A stretch of DNA of 64,000 bases, from positions 52,963 through 116,962 of the forward strand of contig CAWHCB010000001.1 in assembly GCA_963827905.1 (NCBI GenBank), written 5' to 3'. Of the stretch, positions 29,225 through 39,047 are shown piece after piece. Each line of letters starts with the position of its first letter. Position 1 is the stretch's first letter. This DNA is from Methanomassiliicoccaceae archaeon (GTDB lineage: Archaea > Thermoplasmatota > Thermoplasmata > Methanomassiliicoccales > UBA472). The notes below the pieces were generated by a model that saw only the letters and a program-made list of their open reading frames with translations, searched no databases and had not been told where the DNA came from. Position numbers and translations under genes: made by a program.

Positions 29225-30817
29225 ATGGATGCCAATGATGACAAGAATGCCAACCCGCAGCTGGTCGCCAGGCTGAGGGACGCGATCGGTCAAGAGAACG
29301 TCAAGACGAGCATGATGGAGCGGGTGCTTTACAGCCACGACCTCGCACCGTTGCCCAATCTGACCCAGATCGCCTTTAAGAACATCCCGGACATCGTGGT
29401 GCGCCCCCACTCCAGCGAGGACGTGGTCAAGATCGTCCGCATCTGCGCCGACGAAGGCGTCCCCATCACCCCGCGCGGTTCCTCCACCTGGGGGCTCGGC
29501 GGTTCCATACCGATCTATGGCGGCGTGCTCATCGATTTCACCGGGGGCATGAACAAGATCCTGGACATCGACCCGGTCGGCCTAACCGTCACCGCCCAGC
29601 CTGGCTGCACCTGGAAGCAGGTGTACGAGGCATGCATGGAGAAGGGACTGTTGCTCTGCTCCTACCCTTCCAGCTTCCCCAGCGCCACCTTGGCCGGATG
29701 GATATCCACCGGGGGCATCGGCGTCGGCTCCTACAAGTACGGCTCGGCCGGACAGAACCTGCGCAACCTCGAGGTCGTCATGCCCGACGGCACGCTGGTG
29801 AACACCGGATTCGATAAGGTGGTGGACAACCAGTCCGCCTACAATCTCACCTGGCTCATCGTCGGGGCGGAGGGCACCTTGGGCGTGATCAGCAAGGTCA
29901 CCCTGAAGCTCATGCCCGGCCCCGAGGTAATGAAAGCCCTATCCTACGATTTCGAAAACCTGATGGCGATGGGCAAGCCCTTGATGGAGATGTGCCGCAA
30001 GCGCATCGATCCGCTGCACATCGGTTTCAGCGACGGCAAGCACTTCGAGATGCTCCGCAAGGCCGGAAAGCACGCCCCCGAGGTCGGCTCCATGCTCAAC
30101 ATAATGCTGGAGGGCGACAAGACCATCGTGGAATACGAGGAGAAGGTCATCGACGAGATCATGGCCAAGCATGGGGGCAAGAGGCTGGAGCAGAGCATCG
30201 CCGAGCACGAGTGGGACGAGCGCTGCTATGAGTTCCGCGCCCGCGAGATCGGCATCGGCCACATCCCCGGCGAGGCCGTGGTCCCGCTGAAGGACTTCGA
30301 GGTCTTCGCCCAGCGCACCTACAAGCTCATGGAGGACATGAACATGACCGGCGCCATCATCGGCATACTCGCCGACCGCAACACCGTGATGTTCATGCCC
30401 TACTACTTCGCCGACTTCGACGACCTGACCAACCTGACCTCATTCGGTTTCAACAAGAAGTTCGCCGACATGTCCTATGACTATGGCGGTCGCCCATTGG
30501 GCTTCGGGGCGTTCTTCGCCTCCAACCTGGACAAGATCCGCGGGCCGGGCGCCAAGTACGTCCGGGCCATCAAGACCACCTTCGACCCCGATGACATCAT
30601 GAACCCTGGGAAATTGGTCGGAACGAGCCTGAGGGGCAACATCCGCATCCCGCCCGCCTTGTTCGAGTTCGCCATGGACGCCATGGCCACGGTGAAGAAG
30701 GTATTGCCCAAGGACGGCACCTTCGAACAGAGGGCCGAGGTTCTGGCACAGCAGCAGGCCAAGAAGGAGCGCGACGAAGCGGTGCACGGCCATCCCAAGG
30801 AAGGCGGGAAGCACTAA
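29225..30817 (+). CDS. FAD-linked oxidase (GlcD / D-lactate dehydrogenase / alkyl-DHAP-synthase-like)
   Basis: 530-aa intact ORF. FAD_binding_4 motifs are present (VVRPHSSEDVVKIVRICADEGVPITPRGSSTWGLGG, GGIGVGSYKYG, GAEGTLGVISKVTLKL), with a C-terminal ...FDPDDIMNPGKL. Confidence 0.85.
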   Translation: MDANDDKNANPQLVARLRDAIGQENVKTSMMERVLYSHDLAPLPNLTQIAFKNIPDIVVRPHSSEDVVKIVRICADEGVPITPRGSSTWGLGGSIPIYGGVLIDFTGGMNKILDIDPVGLTVTAQPGCTWKQVYEACMEKGLLLCSYPSSFPSATLAGWISTGGIGVGSYKYGSAGQNLRNLEVVMPDGTLVNTGFDKVVDNQSAYNLTWLIVGAEGTLGVISKVTLKLMPGPEVMKALSYDFENLMAMGKPLMEMCRKRIDPLHIGFSDGKHFEMLRKAGKHAPEVGSMLNIMLEGDKTIVEYEEKVIDEIMAKHGGKRLEQSIAEHEWDERCYEFRAREIGIGHIPGEAVVPLKDFEVFAQRTYKLMEDMNMTGAIIGILADRNTVMFMPYYFADFDDLTNLTSFGFNKKFADMSYDYGGRPLGFGAFFASNLDKIRGPGAKYVRAIKTTFDPDDIMNPGKLVGTSLRGNIRIPPALFEFAMDAMATVKKVLPKDGTFEQRAEVLAQQQAKKERDEAVHGHPKEGGKH

Positions 30818-30828
30818 AAAACCTTTTT

Positions 30829-33674
30829 TCAATTCTTAACGCGCAGCGCCTCGATGGAGGTCTGCGCCACCTCATGTTTTATCAATTCCCTCAGACGGAA
30901 CAGCGCCAGCGATTCGCATATCTGTTTCCAGAAGGTCCGCAGCACCTCCCGCCTCTCATATGGTATCAGCTCTTCCCTGGTGGAGGCCAAGGCCATGATG
31001 CCATAGGGTTTGGCGCCGTTGGTCAATGGGAATGCCACGAATGACTCGACGCCCCAGGTCTTGGCCCAATCGTTCCGGTCCATGACCTTCTCTCCCCAGA
31101 TCGGCTCATGGCTGTTCATATACTGGACCAATTGGGGATAATTTCCGTTCATCCCTTCCAGGACTTGTAAGCCCTCACTCGGTATGCCATGATGGGCCAC
31201 CAGCTTCAAACCGCCAATGCCGTTGTTGAAGAAGACCGCTCCGGCATCAAAACGGTTACGGTCGATAAGGAGCTTCAGAGCCTCCCCGAGCATCTCCTCC
31301 TCGGCGACACAATCCTCGGACAGGTTGGCCAGACCCGCGGCGGTCAGGAAGTCCTCCCTCTTCTCCTCGATCTTGCTCGCCAGAGCGTTGGAATGGCTGA
31401 CATCTCGGGAGAAGGCGACGATGGCCACATCGTCCTCCCATGGCATAGCCATCGTGGACGTCTCCACATCCATGAGGGTGCGGTCCTTGCGGCGATGCTT
31501 CCCCTCCACCCGTGACCGACTCACCGGCGATGACCTTGTCCCTCAGGGCGGCCAGGTCGTCCCGGTTCCAACCCTCCACGATCAAGGAGAGATGGTTTCC
31601 GACCATCTCCTCCCGACTATATCCCAGGTCGGAACAGCTCCTCGGGTTGGCCTCTAGGATGGTGCCATTGTAAGGATGGATGACCAGGACGCTCTCCATC
31701 ACCGTATTGAGGAAACAGAGGTTGCGCGCCTCGCTCCTTCTTAGACTCACTTCGAGCCGCTTCTCCTCGGTGATGTCCTTGGCGATGCCGAGTATGCCCA
31801 CGGACTCGCCGCTGTCACGGCGGATCAACATCATCTTCTGTTCGCTCCAGAAGAACGTGCCGTCCTTGCGCAGGACCTTGGTCTCTACCTTCAGCACCGG
31901 GTTCTCTTTGCCCTGATGTTGTTTGGCCAGGTTCTTAAGGGTCTTGTAGGCCTCTTCTAGCTTCTCAATGGACTCTTGGTCGAGGCACCGTTTCATCATT
32001 TCGAAATCGATCGGTCCCCCGTTCAGTCCCAAGGACCTTCTCATGTTGCTGCTGACATAAAGGAATTGGAAGTCGAGGTCGGTTATCCAGATATCCTCGG
32101 AGATGTTCTGCATTATTGTCTCGAGCTTCTGTTGCTCCAGTTTGAGGGCTATCTCCTTCTCGACCCGGTCGGTCACGTTCCGCACCAGCGCCCGGTAGCC
32201 TCGGAACATGTTGTCATCGTCGAAGAAGGGTATGCCGTTCATCTCGAAATGCAGGACCTTCTCGTCGGAACGACGGGCGCGGTAGCGCACGGAGAAGAAG
32301 GGCTGCATGCGGCTCAACAACGGTTCCATCTCCTCCACCAGGCTCAACCGGTCCTCCTCCTCCATCAGGTCGAAGGGGGCCTTGCCTATCACCTCCCGGA
32401 CCGGGATGCCGGTGATGGTCTCGAAGTTGGAGCTCAGGTAACGGATGCTCAGGTCCTGGTCTATCTCCGCGAAGATGTCCTGCGAGTGGAGGTTGAGGTG
32501 GGGGTGATGCACACTGTTGGTCTGGAACTCGTAGGCGATGCGGTTGCGCATCGAGGCATCATGCAAAATGGCGATGATGCAGGACGGCTTCCCGGTCGAT
32601 TCCAGTAGCACTGCCGCGCTGATCTCCATCAACAGGCTCGTCCCGTTGTCCCTCTGAAAGATGAACTCGGACTGGAAATGCTCATGGTTACGCAACAGCT
32701 CTTGGAAGTAGTTGTTGGCCCGGTTCCTCTCCCCTTCCGCGATGAAAGAGTAGAAGTTCCTGCCTATCAGCTCGTTGGCCTTGGTGGCCCCAAGCAAACT
32801 GACCCCTGCCAAGTTCACGGACTCCATGCGCCCTCCCGGGCTTAGGGTGATGATCGGGTCAGGTGACGATTCGAAGAGAATGCTATAGCGGTCCTCCGCT
32901 ATCATCAGGTCCTCCACCGCCTTCTTGTGGGTGGTCACGTCCCTGCAGGCGGCGATCATGCCCATATAAGCGCCGTCCACATCGAAAAGAGGCATGGCCA
33001 AGCCCTCCAGGTGAACCACGGTGCCGGATTTTGATATGATCACGAACTGGAGCGCAGAGGGCTCCTGAGCATTCTGCTTGACCTCTTCCAATTGGGAGTG
33101 GAACCTAGGCATCTCGATGGTGGGCGTCAACCTCCAGAGCACCTTGCCCTTGAGGTCGGTGTGCGTATAGCCCAGGATCTTGCGCACGCTCTCGCTCGAG
33201 AAGGTTATCTGCCCCTTCTCGTCGATGCGCCAGACCCAATCGGCCAAGTTCTCCATCTTGTCCAACAAGCTCATCTCGGTCGGCTCGTTGTGGTCCCCGT
33301 TGTAACCGCCCCCAAGTCTTTCCACGTCGGTGGTGAGGCGGCGGAACATATCGTCCACGTCCATGTCCAGGGGATAGATGAGATCGGCCCCGTTGTTGGC
33401 CAGTTCAGTGACGCCGACGATATCCACATTTTGGAAAAGGACCACCACCGGGGTCGTCACCATCTGCTGGTTGATATGGTTCAGAACTGGGATGACATTG
33501 CATCGGGGGTCGTGCAGCATGATCAGCGCTCTGCGCGTAACCGCTGATCTGGTCATCGAGGAAGGCATCGATGTCGGCCACCAGGCCGGCGCAGTAGCCC
33601 CGGCTCACCAGGTCCTCCCTCAGCGAGTCAACATAAGGTTGACCGTTGTCCAGGACCCAGAATATCGACTGCAT
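30829..33674 (-). CDS. Multi-PAS / C-terminal GAF sensor protein with an N-terminal receiver-like domain and no recognisable output domain; frame broken near 33545 and near 31510
   Basis: Fragments 33405..33674, 31256..33568 and 30829..31524 read through as about 948 aa. There are five or six PAS-like repeats, each with a WxxD..G motif. The tail is GAF-like (GAVFFNNGIGGLKLVAHHG...VAFPL...YGIMALAS). Confidence 0.75.
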
Positions 33675-33771
33675 GTGCTGCCCCCAAGAAGGGATTTAAT
33701 CGCTGTGGGATATTAAAAAGAATGCTATGGTATTTCCCACCCTTAGCACGAAAGGGATAGTCACCCCCAAT

Positions 33772-33918
33772 TCAGGCCTTAATGTACTTCTCCGGGGTCG
33801 CATCGAACTTCTTCTTGCATCCAGGCGCGCAGAAGTAATAGGTCTTGCCCTTGTATTCGGATTTCCACTTGGCGGTCTTCTCGTCCACTTCCATCATGCA
33901 TATCGGATCGATAGCCAT
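33772..33918 (-). CDS. Small TRASH/YHS-domain metal-binding protein (CopT/CopM-like)
   Basis: MAIDPICMMEVDEKTAKWKSEYKGKTYYFCAPGCKKKFDATPEKY carries the C-x-C...YYFC..C pattern of YHS/TRASH. It starts 1 nt after the copA stop. I chose the ATG at 33918 within the longer ORF. Confidence 0.7.
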   Translation of the reverse strand: MAIDPICMMEVDEKTAKWKSEYKGKTYYFCAPGCKKKFDATPEKYIKA

Positions 33919-33919
33919 T

Positions 33920-36421
33920 TCACACCCTCTCCTTGATGATCTCAGGCACATAGGTCCGCAACAGTGCGGCATTGGTGACGACTGTGACTGAGCTCAGAGC
34001 CATCGCCCCTGCCGCCAGCGCAGGCGGTAGCAACAATTGGAAACTGGGATATAGAATACCTGCGGCCACCGGTATGCCGATGGTGTTGAAAGCGAAGGCC
34101 CAGAACAGGTTCTGCCGGATCTTCACCGAGGTCCTTGCGCTCAGCTGGATCGCGGCCACGACGTCCCTTAGGTCGTTCCTTATGAGGACGATGTCGCCCG
34201 TCTCGATGGCCACATCGGTGCCGGAGCCCACCGCGATGCCCAGGTCGGCCTGGGCCAGGGCAGGGGCGTCGTTGACCCCGTCCCCGACCATGGCCACCAC
34301 CTTGCCTTCCTTCTGGAGGGCGGCCACCTGCTCCGCCTTCTGGCCGGGAAGCACCTCGGCCAACACGCGGTCTATGCCGAGCTGTTTGGCGATGACATCG
34401 GCGGTCCGCCGGTTGTCACCGGTCATCATGACCACCTCCACCCCCATGCGCTTCAGCTCGTTCAACGCCACCAGGGCGGAATCCTTCACCACATCTGAGA
34501 CCCCGAGCACGCCGACCGCCATTCCGTCCCGCGCCACCACCAGGGTGGTACGCCCCAGGTCCTCCAAACGGGCGATGTGCGATTCGACCGGAGCGAGGTC
34601 CACCGAGTTGTCCTGCATGATCCTCCTCGACCCTACCAGTACCGACCTGCCCTCGATATTGGCCGAGATGCCTTTGCCAGGCACGTTCTCGAACTGACCG
34701 ACCTCTGGCAGTTCGGACCTTTCCTCGGCCCTCCTGACGATGGCCTTGGCTATGGGATGCTCGGACCCTCTCTCGGCCGCACCTGCGGTTCGCAGCAGGT
34801 CCTCCTCGGCGATCCCGATGGCGACGACATCGGTCACCTCAAGTCTGCCCTGGGTCAAGGTACCGGTCTTGTCGAAGACCATGACTCCGACCTTACCCGC
34901 TATCTCCAACGCCTCCCCGTTCTTGATCAAAATGCCCAGTTCCGCGCCCTTCCCGGTCCCGACCATGATGGCGGTCGGTGTGGCCAGGCCAAGGGCGCAG
35001 GGGCAGGCGATGACCAGCACGGCGATGAATACCGACAGGGAGAACGGGAAGACCTGGTCCACCTCATAGTACGAAGCCCCAAAAAAGTACCAGAAGAGGA
35101 AGGCGGAGACGGCTATGGTGATGACGATGGGAACGAAGACCGAGGCCACCCGGTCGGCCATGCGTTGGATGGGGGCCTTGGACACCTGGGCCTCCTCCAC
35201 GAGACGGATGATCTGGGCCAGCGCGGTGTCGGCCCCCACCCGGGTGGCCCTGACCTTGAGCAATCCATTGCTGTTGATGGAACCCCCTACCACGGAAGAG
35301 CCCTCAGCCTTGTGCACCGGTAGGCTCTCTCCGGTGATCAGGGACTCGTCCACCTCCGATTCGCCCTCGACCACCAGGCCATCGGTGGGGACCTTCTCCC
35401 CTGGTCGGACCACCATGACATCATTGACATCAAGCTCATCGACAGGAACGGTCACCTCCTTGCCCTCACGCATTATGGTGGCGCTCTTCGCCTGCAGGTC
35501 GATCAGCTTTCGTATGGAATCGGAGGTGCGGGACTTGGCCCTGGCCTCGATGTACTTGCCCAACAGCACTATCGCGATGATGAGGGCGGCGCTGTCATAG
35601 TAGACATCAGTGAAGGGGAAGGCGTCAGGAAAGAAGGTCACTGCCACCGAGTAGAAATAGGCCGCCGAGGTGCCGACCGCCACCAACACGTCCATGTTGG
35701 CCACGCCATTGCGCAAGGATTTGTAGCCGCCGATATAGAATCTGTAACCGGCGACGAACTGGATCGGCGTGGTGAGTAGGAACAGGATGTAATTGCCATA
35801 GTCCATCAGGAAGGGCTCATCGCCCAATGGGGTGAACATCATCAGCATCATGATGACGAATACTGGCAACGCGAGCGTCCAAGCGAAGACCAGAAATCGT
35901 CTCTGGCGAGCCGTCTCCTCGGCCCTAAGCTCCCTCTCCGCATCCACCGTCTGTGCCTCAAGCACGTCGTATCCAGCGTCCCTGATGGCCTGCTTGATCT
36001 GTTGCAGGCGAACCTGTTGCGGATCGTATCTCACCGTCACCTTCTCGGTGGCAAGGTTGACCGAGGCGGACAGAACGCCAGGTAACGACAGCAACGATTC
36101 CTCCACCGAAAGCACGCAGGAGGAACAGGTCATGCCCCCGACGGCGATGGTGACCTGGTTCAATATGACCCCATATCCGGCCTGGTCTATGGCGGAGGCC
36201 ATCTTTTCCATGGTCACCTTCTCGGGGTCGTAGACCACGGTGGCCTTCTCGGTGGCAAGGTTGACGCTCGCCTCTTCCACCCCCTCCAATCCCTGCAGCG
36301 ATTCGGTGATGGTCTGAGCACAAGTGGCACAGGTCATACCGGTGACCCCGAAGCTTGCCGTCCTCTTTCCTTTGGACCCCAGTTCCGGTCGGTCTGACCC
36401 GCCGTCCTTAGCGTCGCTCAT
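33920..36421 (-). CDS. copA: Copper-translocating P1B-type ATPase
   Basis: 833-aa intact ORF with two HMA domains (GMTCATCAQ, GMTCSSCVL), TGES, the CPC motif (ACPCALGLATP), DKTGTLT, and GDGVNDAPAL. Confidence 0.95.
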   Translation of the reverse strand: MSDAKDGGSDRPELGSKGKRTASFGVTGMTCATCAQTITESLQGLEGVEEASVNLATEKATVVYDPEKVTMEKMASAIDQAGYGVILNQVTIAVGGMTCSSCVLSVEESLLSLPGVLSASVNLATEKVTVRYDPQQVRLQQIKQAIRDAGYDVLEAQTVDAERELRAEETARQRRFLVFAWTLALPVFVIMMLMMFTPLGDEPFLMDYGNYILFLLTTPIQFVAGYRFYIGGYKSLRNGVANMDVLVAVGTSAAYFYSVAVTFFPDAFPFTDVYYDSAALIIAIVLLGKYIEARAKSRTSDSIRKLIDLQAKSATIMREGKEVTVPVDELDVNDVMVVRPGEKVPTDGLVVEGESEVDESLITGESLPVHKAEGSSVVGGSINSNGLLKVRATRVGADTALAQIIRLVEEAQVSKAPIQRMADRVASVFVPIVITIAVSAFLFWYFFGASYYEVDQVFPFSLSVFIAVLVIACPCALGLATPTAIMVGTGKGAELGILIKNGEALEIAGKVGVMVFDKTGTLTQGRLEVTDVVAIGIAEEDLLRTAGAAERGSEHPIAKAIVRRAEERSELPEVGQFENVPGKGISANIEGRSVLVGSRRIMQDNSVDLAPVESHIARLEDLGRTTLVVARDGMAVGVLGVSDVVKDSALVALNELKRMGVEVVMMTGDNRRTADVIAKQLGIDRVLAEVLPGQKAEQVAALQKEGKVVAMVGDGVNDAPALAQADLGIAVGSGTDVAIETGDIVLIRNDLRDVVAAIQLSARTSVKIRQNLFWAFAFNTIGIPVAAGILYPSFQLLLPPALAAGAMALSSVTVVTNAALLRTYVPEIIKERV

Positions 36422-36467
36422 CTACACCCAATCGAAGCTCTTGGTTCATCTACATGTCTATCAACGA

Positions 36468-36498
36468 ATGCAAAGAATTGTTACGAGTTATTTTGCAT
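36468..36498 (+). promoter_or_regulatory. Inverted repeat ATGCAAA-N17-TTTGCAT in the copA / regulator divergent intergenic region (candidate operator)
   Basis: Arms at 36468-36474 and 36492-36498 within a 158-bp AT-rich spacer. The function is inferred from position only. Confidence 0.25.
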
Positions 36499-36579
36499 TC
36501 TTAATTTCAGTATAACCTCTACTAGTTTGTTCGTTTAACGGATATCTTTATTAATGATTGTTTAATTCCCCTTTTCCAT

Positions 36580-37194
36580 ATGAAACTGGACAATACCGAC
36601 GTTAGGATCCTGAAGGTCCTTCAGGAGAACGGTCGCCTATCCTTCCGTCAGATCGCGGACAGGGTGAAGGTCAGCGTTCCCACGGTCAGCAGCAAGGTCG
36701 GCTCCATGGAGAACATGGGCATCATAAAGGGTTACACGGCTACCCTCGACCCAGAGAAACTGGGCGGGATCAGCGTGGTCCTGAGCATCAAGACCAAGCC
36801 AGTTGACATCAAGAAGGTGGCCGAGCAGTTCCAGGAGAACGAGAGCGTGAGGCAGATCTTCATGCTCAGCAGCGGCAAGCTGATGCTCATGTGCACCTTC
36901 CACCACCAGCACCTCATCAACGAGTTCCTTTCCAAGATGGCCGACATCCATGAGATCATCGAGTTCGACATAGCGAACATCGTCACCGTGGTCAAGGAGA
37001 ACCAGAGGGCCACCGTCACCCCAGAGTCCTCTGTGGTGCTGACGTGCGACTACTGTAAGAAGGAGATCCACGACAACGCCTACAAGGTCAAGAAGGACGA
37101 CCGCGAGTATTACGTCTGTTGTCCCGTTTGCCAAAAGGGGTTCGAGGTCAAGTACGACGGCATAAAGGCCGATTCTGTGAATGCCAAGGCTTGA
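36580..37194 (+). CDS. Lrp/AsnC-family transcription regulator with a C-terminal TRASH metal-sensing domain (CopR-like)
   Basis: The N-terminal LDNTDVRILKVLQENGRLSFRQIADRVKVSVPTVSSKV is an HTH_AsnC signature. The C-terminal CDYCKKEI...YYVCCPVCQKGF is TRASH. It is divergent from copA. Confidence 0.85.
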   Translation: MKLDNTDVRILKVLQENGRLSFRQIADRVKVSVPTVSSKVGSMENMGIIKGYTATLDPEKLGGISVVLSIKTKPVDIKKVAEQFQENESVRQIFMLSSGKLMLMCTFHHQHLINEFLSKMADIHEIIEFDIANIVTVVKENQRATVTPESSVVLTCDYCKKEIHDNAYKVKKDDREYYVCCPVCQKGFEVKYDGIKADSVNAKA

Positions 37195-37576
37195 TCAGGA
37201 CAGGGACGCGATCGCATCGATCTCCACCTTAGCCCCTCTGGGCAAGGCGGCCACTTGAATGGTGGTCCTGGCAGGTGGCGACGCCGAGAAGAACTCCGCA
37301 TAGACCGAGTTCACGGCCTGGAAGTCCATAAGGTCGGTCATGAAGATGGTGCATCGCAGCACTTTCGTTAGGTCCGTCCCCGCCTGCTTCCAGTATGGCT
37401 TTGAGGTTTTCGAGGCAACGTCGGGCCTCCGCGGCCGTCCCGCCATCGACCATCCTTCCAGTTCGAGGGTCGATACCTAACTGGCCTGAGCAGAACACCA
37501 GTTGGTCCGAGATGACCGCCTGGGAATAGGGACCGATCGGTTCCGGCGCATCCTTGCTCTTCACAATGGACCTCAT
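37195..37576 (-). CDS. ridA: RidA / YjgF / L-PSP family deaminase; one frame break near 37380
   Basis: APEPIGPYSQAV...FCSGQLGIDPRTG continues after the shift as DLTKVLRCTIFMTDLMDFQAVNSVYAEFF...PARTTIQVAALPRGAKVEIDAIA. Confidence 0.8.
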
Positions 37577-37628
37577 GGTTCCCGAATCCTGCGTCAGCGG
37601 GATATAGTTGGTGGAGCGACGACGATCT

Positions 37629-38319
37629 TCATCTCATCTCCTCGAGATATCTAGGCAGTTGGGCGATGGATGGGATTATCCTTTCCACGCCCAGATCCTC
37701 CCAACCCTTCCGACCATTATGTCCGCTCAGGACCGCCACGAACATCGAGCCGGCCGAACGGGCGCATTCCAGGTCCATCAAATGATCCCCGATCAGGACG
37801 CATTGTTCCGGTCGAAGGTTCAGGGCGGCGGCGGCCCGACGCATGGCCTCCGGGTGAGGTTTCGCTTCCGAGACGTCGTGATCGTCCCGGCAGATGATGG
37901 CGTCCAGCATCCCTGTCAGATGCGATGCGCGAAGAGCTTCCGTGGCATAATGCCGGGACCCTCGGGTCAACAAAGCCAGCGGATACCCCATAGCGCGAAG
38001 TGTTCTCAATGCATCGCCTGCCCCAGGCACTTCCTTCGTGCGATCGCACGGACATCATTTCCACCTCGACGCAGATGGCCTCGACCCTCGTTTCGATGGT
38101 CTCGAGGTCTAGATTCAATTCGCGGATCTCTTACCGCACCCTGTCCATGTTCTTGGCGATAGTGTCCGATCGTTCCAGAACATATCCCAAACCGATTTCG
38201 ATCAGATATCTGAAGACACGATCTCTCATGAGCCCGAAGTCGATCGTGCTTTCGATCAAGGTCCCGTCTAGATCGAAAACGATTCCAAGCTTCTTCGGAC
38301 CTTCCCTTCTTTCACTCAT
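37629..38319 (-). CDS. HAD-superfamily phosphatase; frame broken near 38128 and near 38032
   Basis: Motif I IVFDLDGTLIES. After two shifts come motif II/III regions LLTRGSR, KPHPE and IGDHLMDLECARSAG. Confidence 0.7.
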
Positions 38320-38591
38320 TTGATAACGTGAGGAACGTTCGAATTAATAAAAAATCATAGACGGGACGATTTTTATCGATTCGGATAGTATTTCATTATA
38401 AATACCATGATTATCAAATCTGATAAATCATTTAAACTGGACATGATTATCATAGAATAAAAATCATTCAATAATATAGAAAGATTTTTATCATTACTGA
38501 TATTTAATGTTTAGTGTAGCATGCTCAAAGACGCTTTTAATATCAACAATGATAAACAGGTTTGCATAATAATTTGGTGCAGGTGAAGTTG

Positions 38592-38984
38592 ATGCAGAAG
38601 GCAACAAAGACAATCTTGGCCGTATTGGTCGGCGTAGTCGCCGTGCTTGCGTGCCTTGCGATGGTGGGCTCCTTCCTAGGTGTGGCAGCCCTCGCCATCC
38701 CGGGCGTAGACCCGCATGCGATCCCTGGTGTTGACCCACACGTCATCCCCGGTGTCGATCCACATGTCATACCTGGCGTGGACCCTCATGCGATCCCTGG
38801 TGTTGACCCACATGTCATCCCTGGTGTCGATCCGCATGTCATACCTGGCGTGGACCCTCATGTGATTCCCGGTGTTGATCCGCATGCCATCCCGGGTGTC
38901 GATCCACATGTGATACCTGGCGTGGACCCTCATGTGATCCCTGGTGTTGACCCCCACATCATACCTGGAACTGACCCCCACTAA
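38592..38984 (+). CDS. Membrane-anchored protein consisting of 12 tandem IPGVDPH[A/V/I] octapeptides
   Basis: ATG 38592 follows GGTGAAG. An N-terminal hydrophobic helix (TILAVLVGVVAVLACLAMVGSFLGVAALA) is followed directly by the repeat array up to the TAA at 38982-38984. An AT-rich promoter-like region lies upstream. Confidence 0.65.
   Translation: MQKATKTILAVLVGVVAVLACLAMVGSFLGVAALAIPGVDPHAIPGVDPHVIPGVDPHVIPGVDPHAIPGVDPHVIPGVDPHVIPGVDPHVIPGVDPHAIPGVDPHVIPGVDPHVIPGVDPHIIPGTDPH
38697..38981 (+). repeat. Tandem 24-bp coding repeat x12 with a 72-bp (three-unit) higher-order periodicity
   Basis: Every third unit (4, 7, 10) reads ATACCTGGCGTGGACCCTCATG(C/T)G. Units 2/5/11 and 3/6/9 form two further near-identical classes. 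The last unit is degenerate (IPGTDPH). Confidence 0.95.
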
Positions 38985-39047
38985 GGGTTGAAGATCTTTC
39001 CTTCCCAAACTATTTTCAAACACCTTACTTATTTTTCCTAAAAAAGA

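Noticed and set aside
38697-38981. Regular short direct repeats that at first glance look like a CRISPR-type array
   Set aside because: The units are contiguous (24 bp, no spacers) and in frame. They encode a conserved octapeptide after a signal-anchor helix, and no cas genes or leader are nearby.
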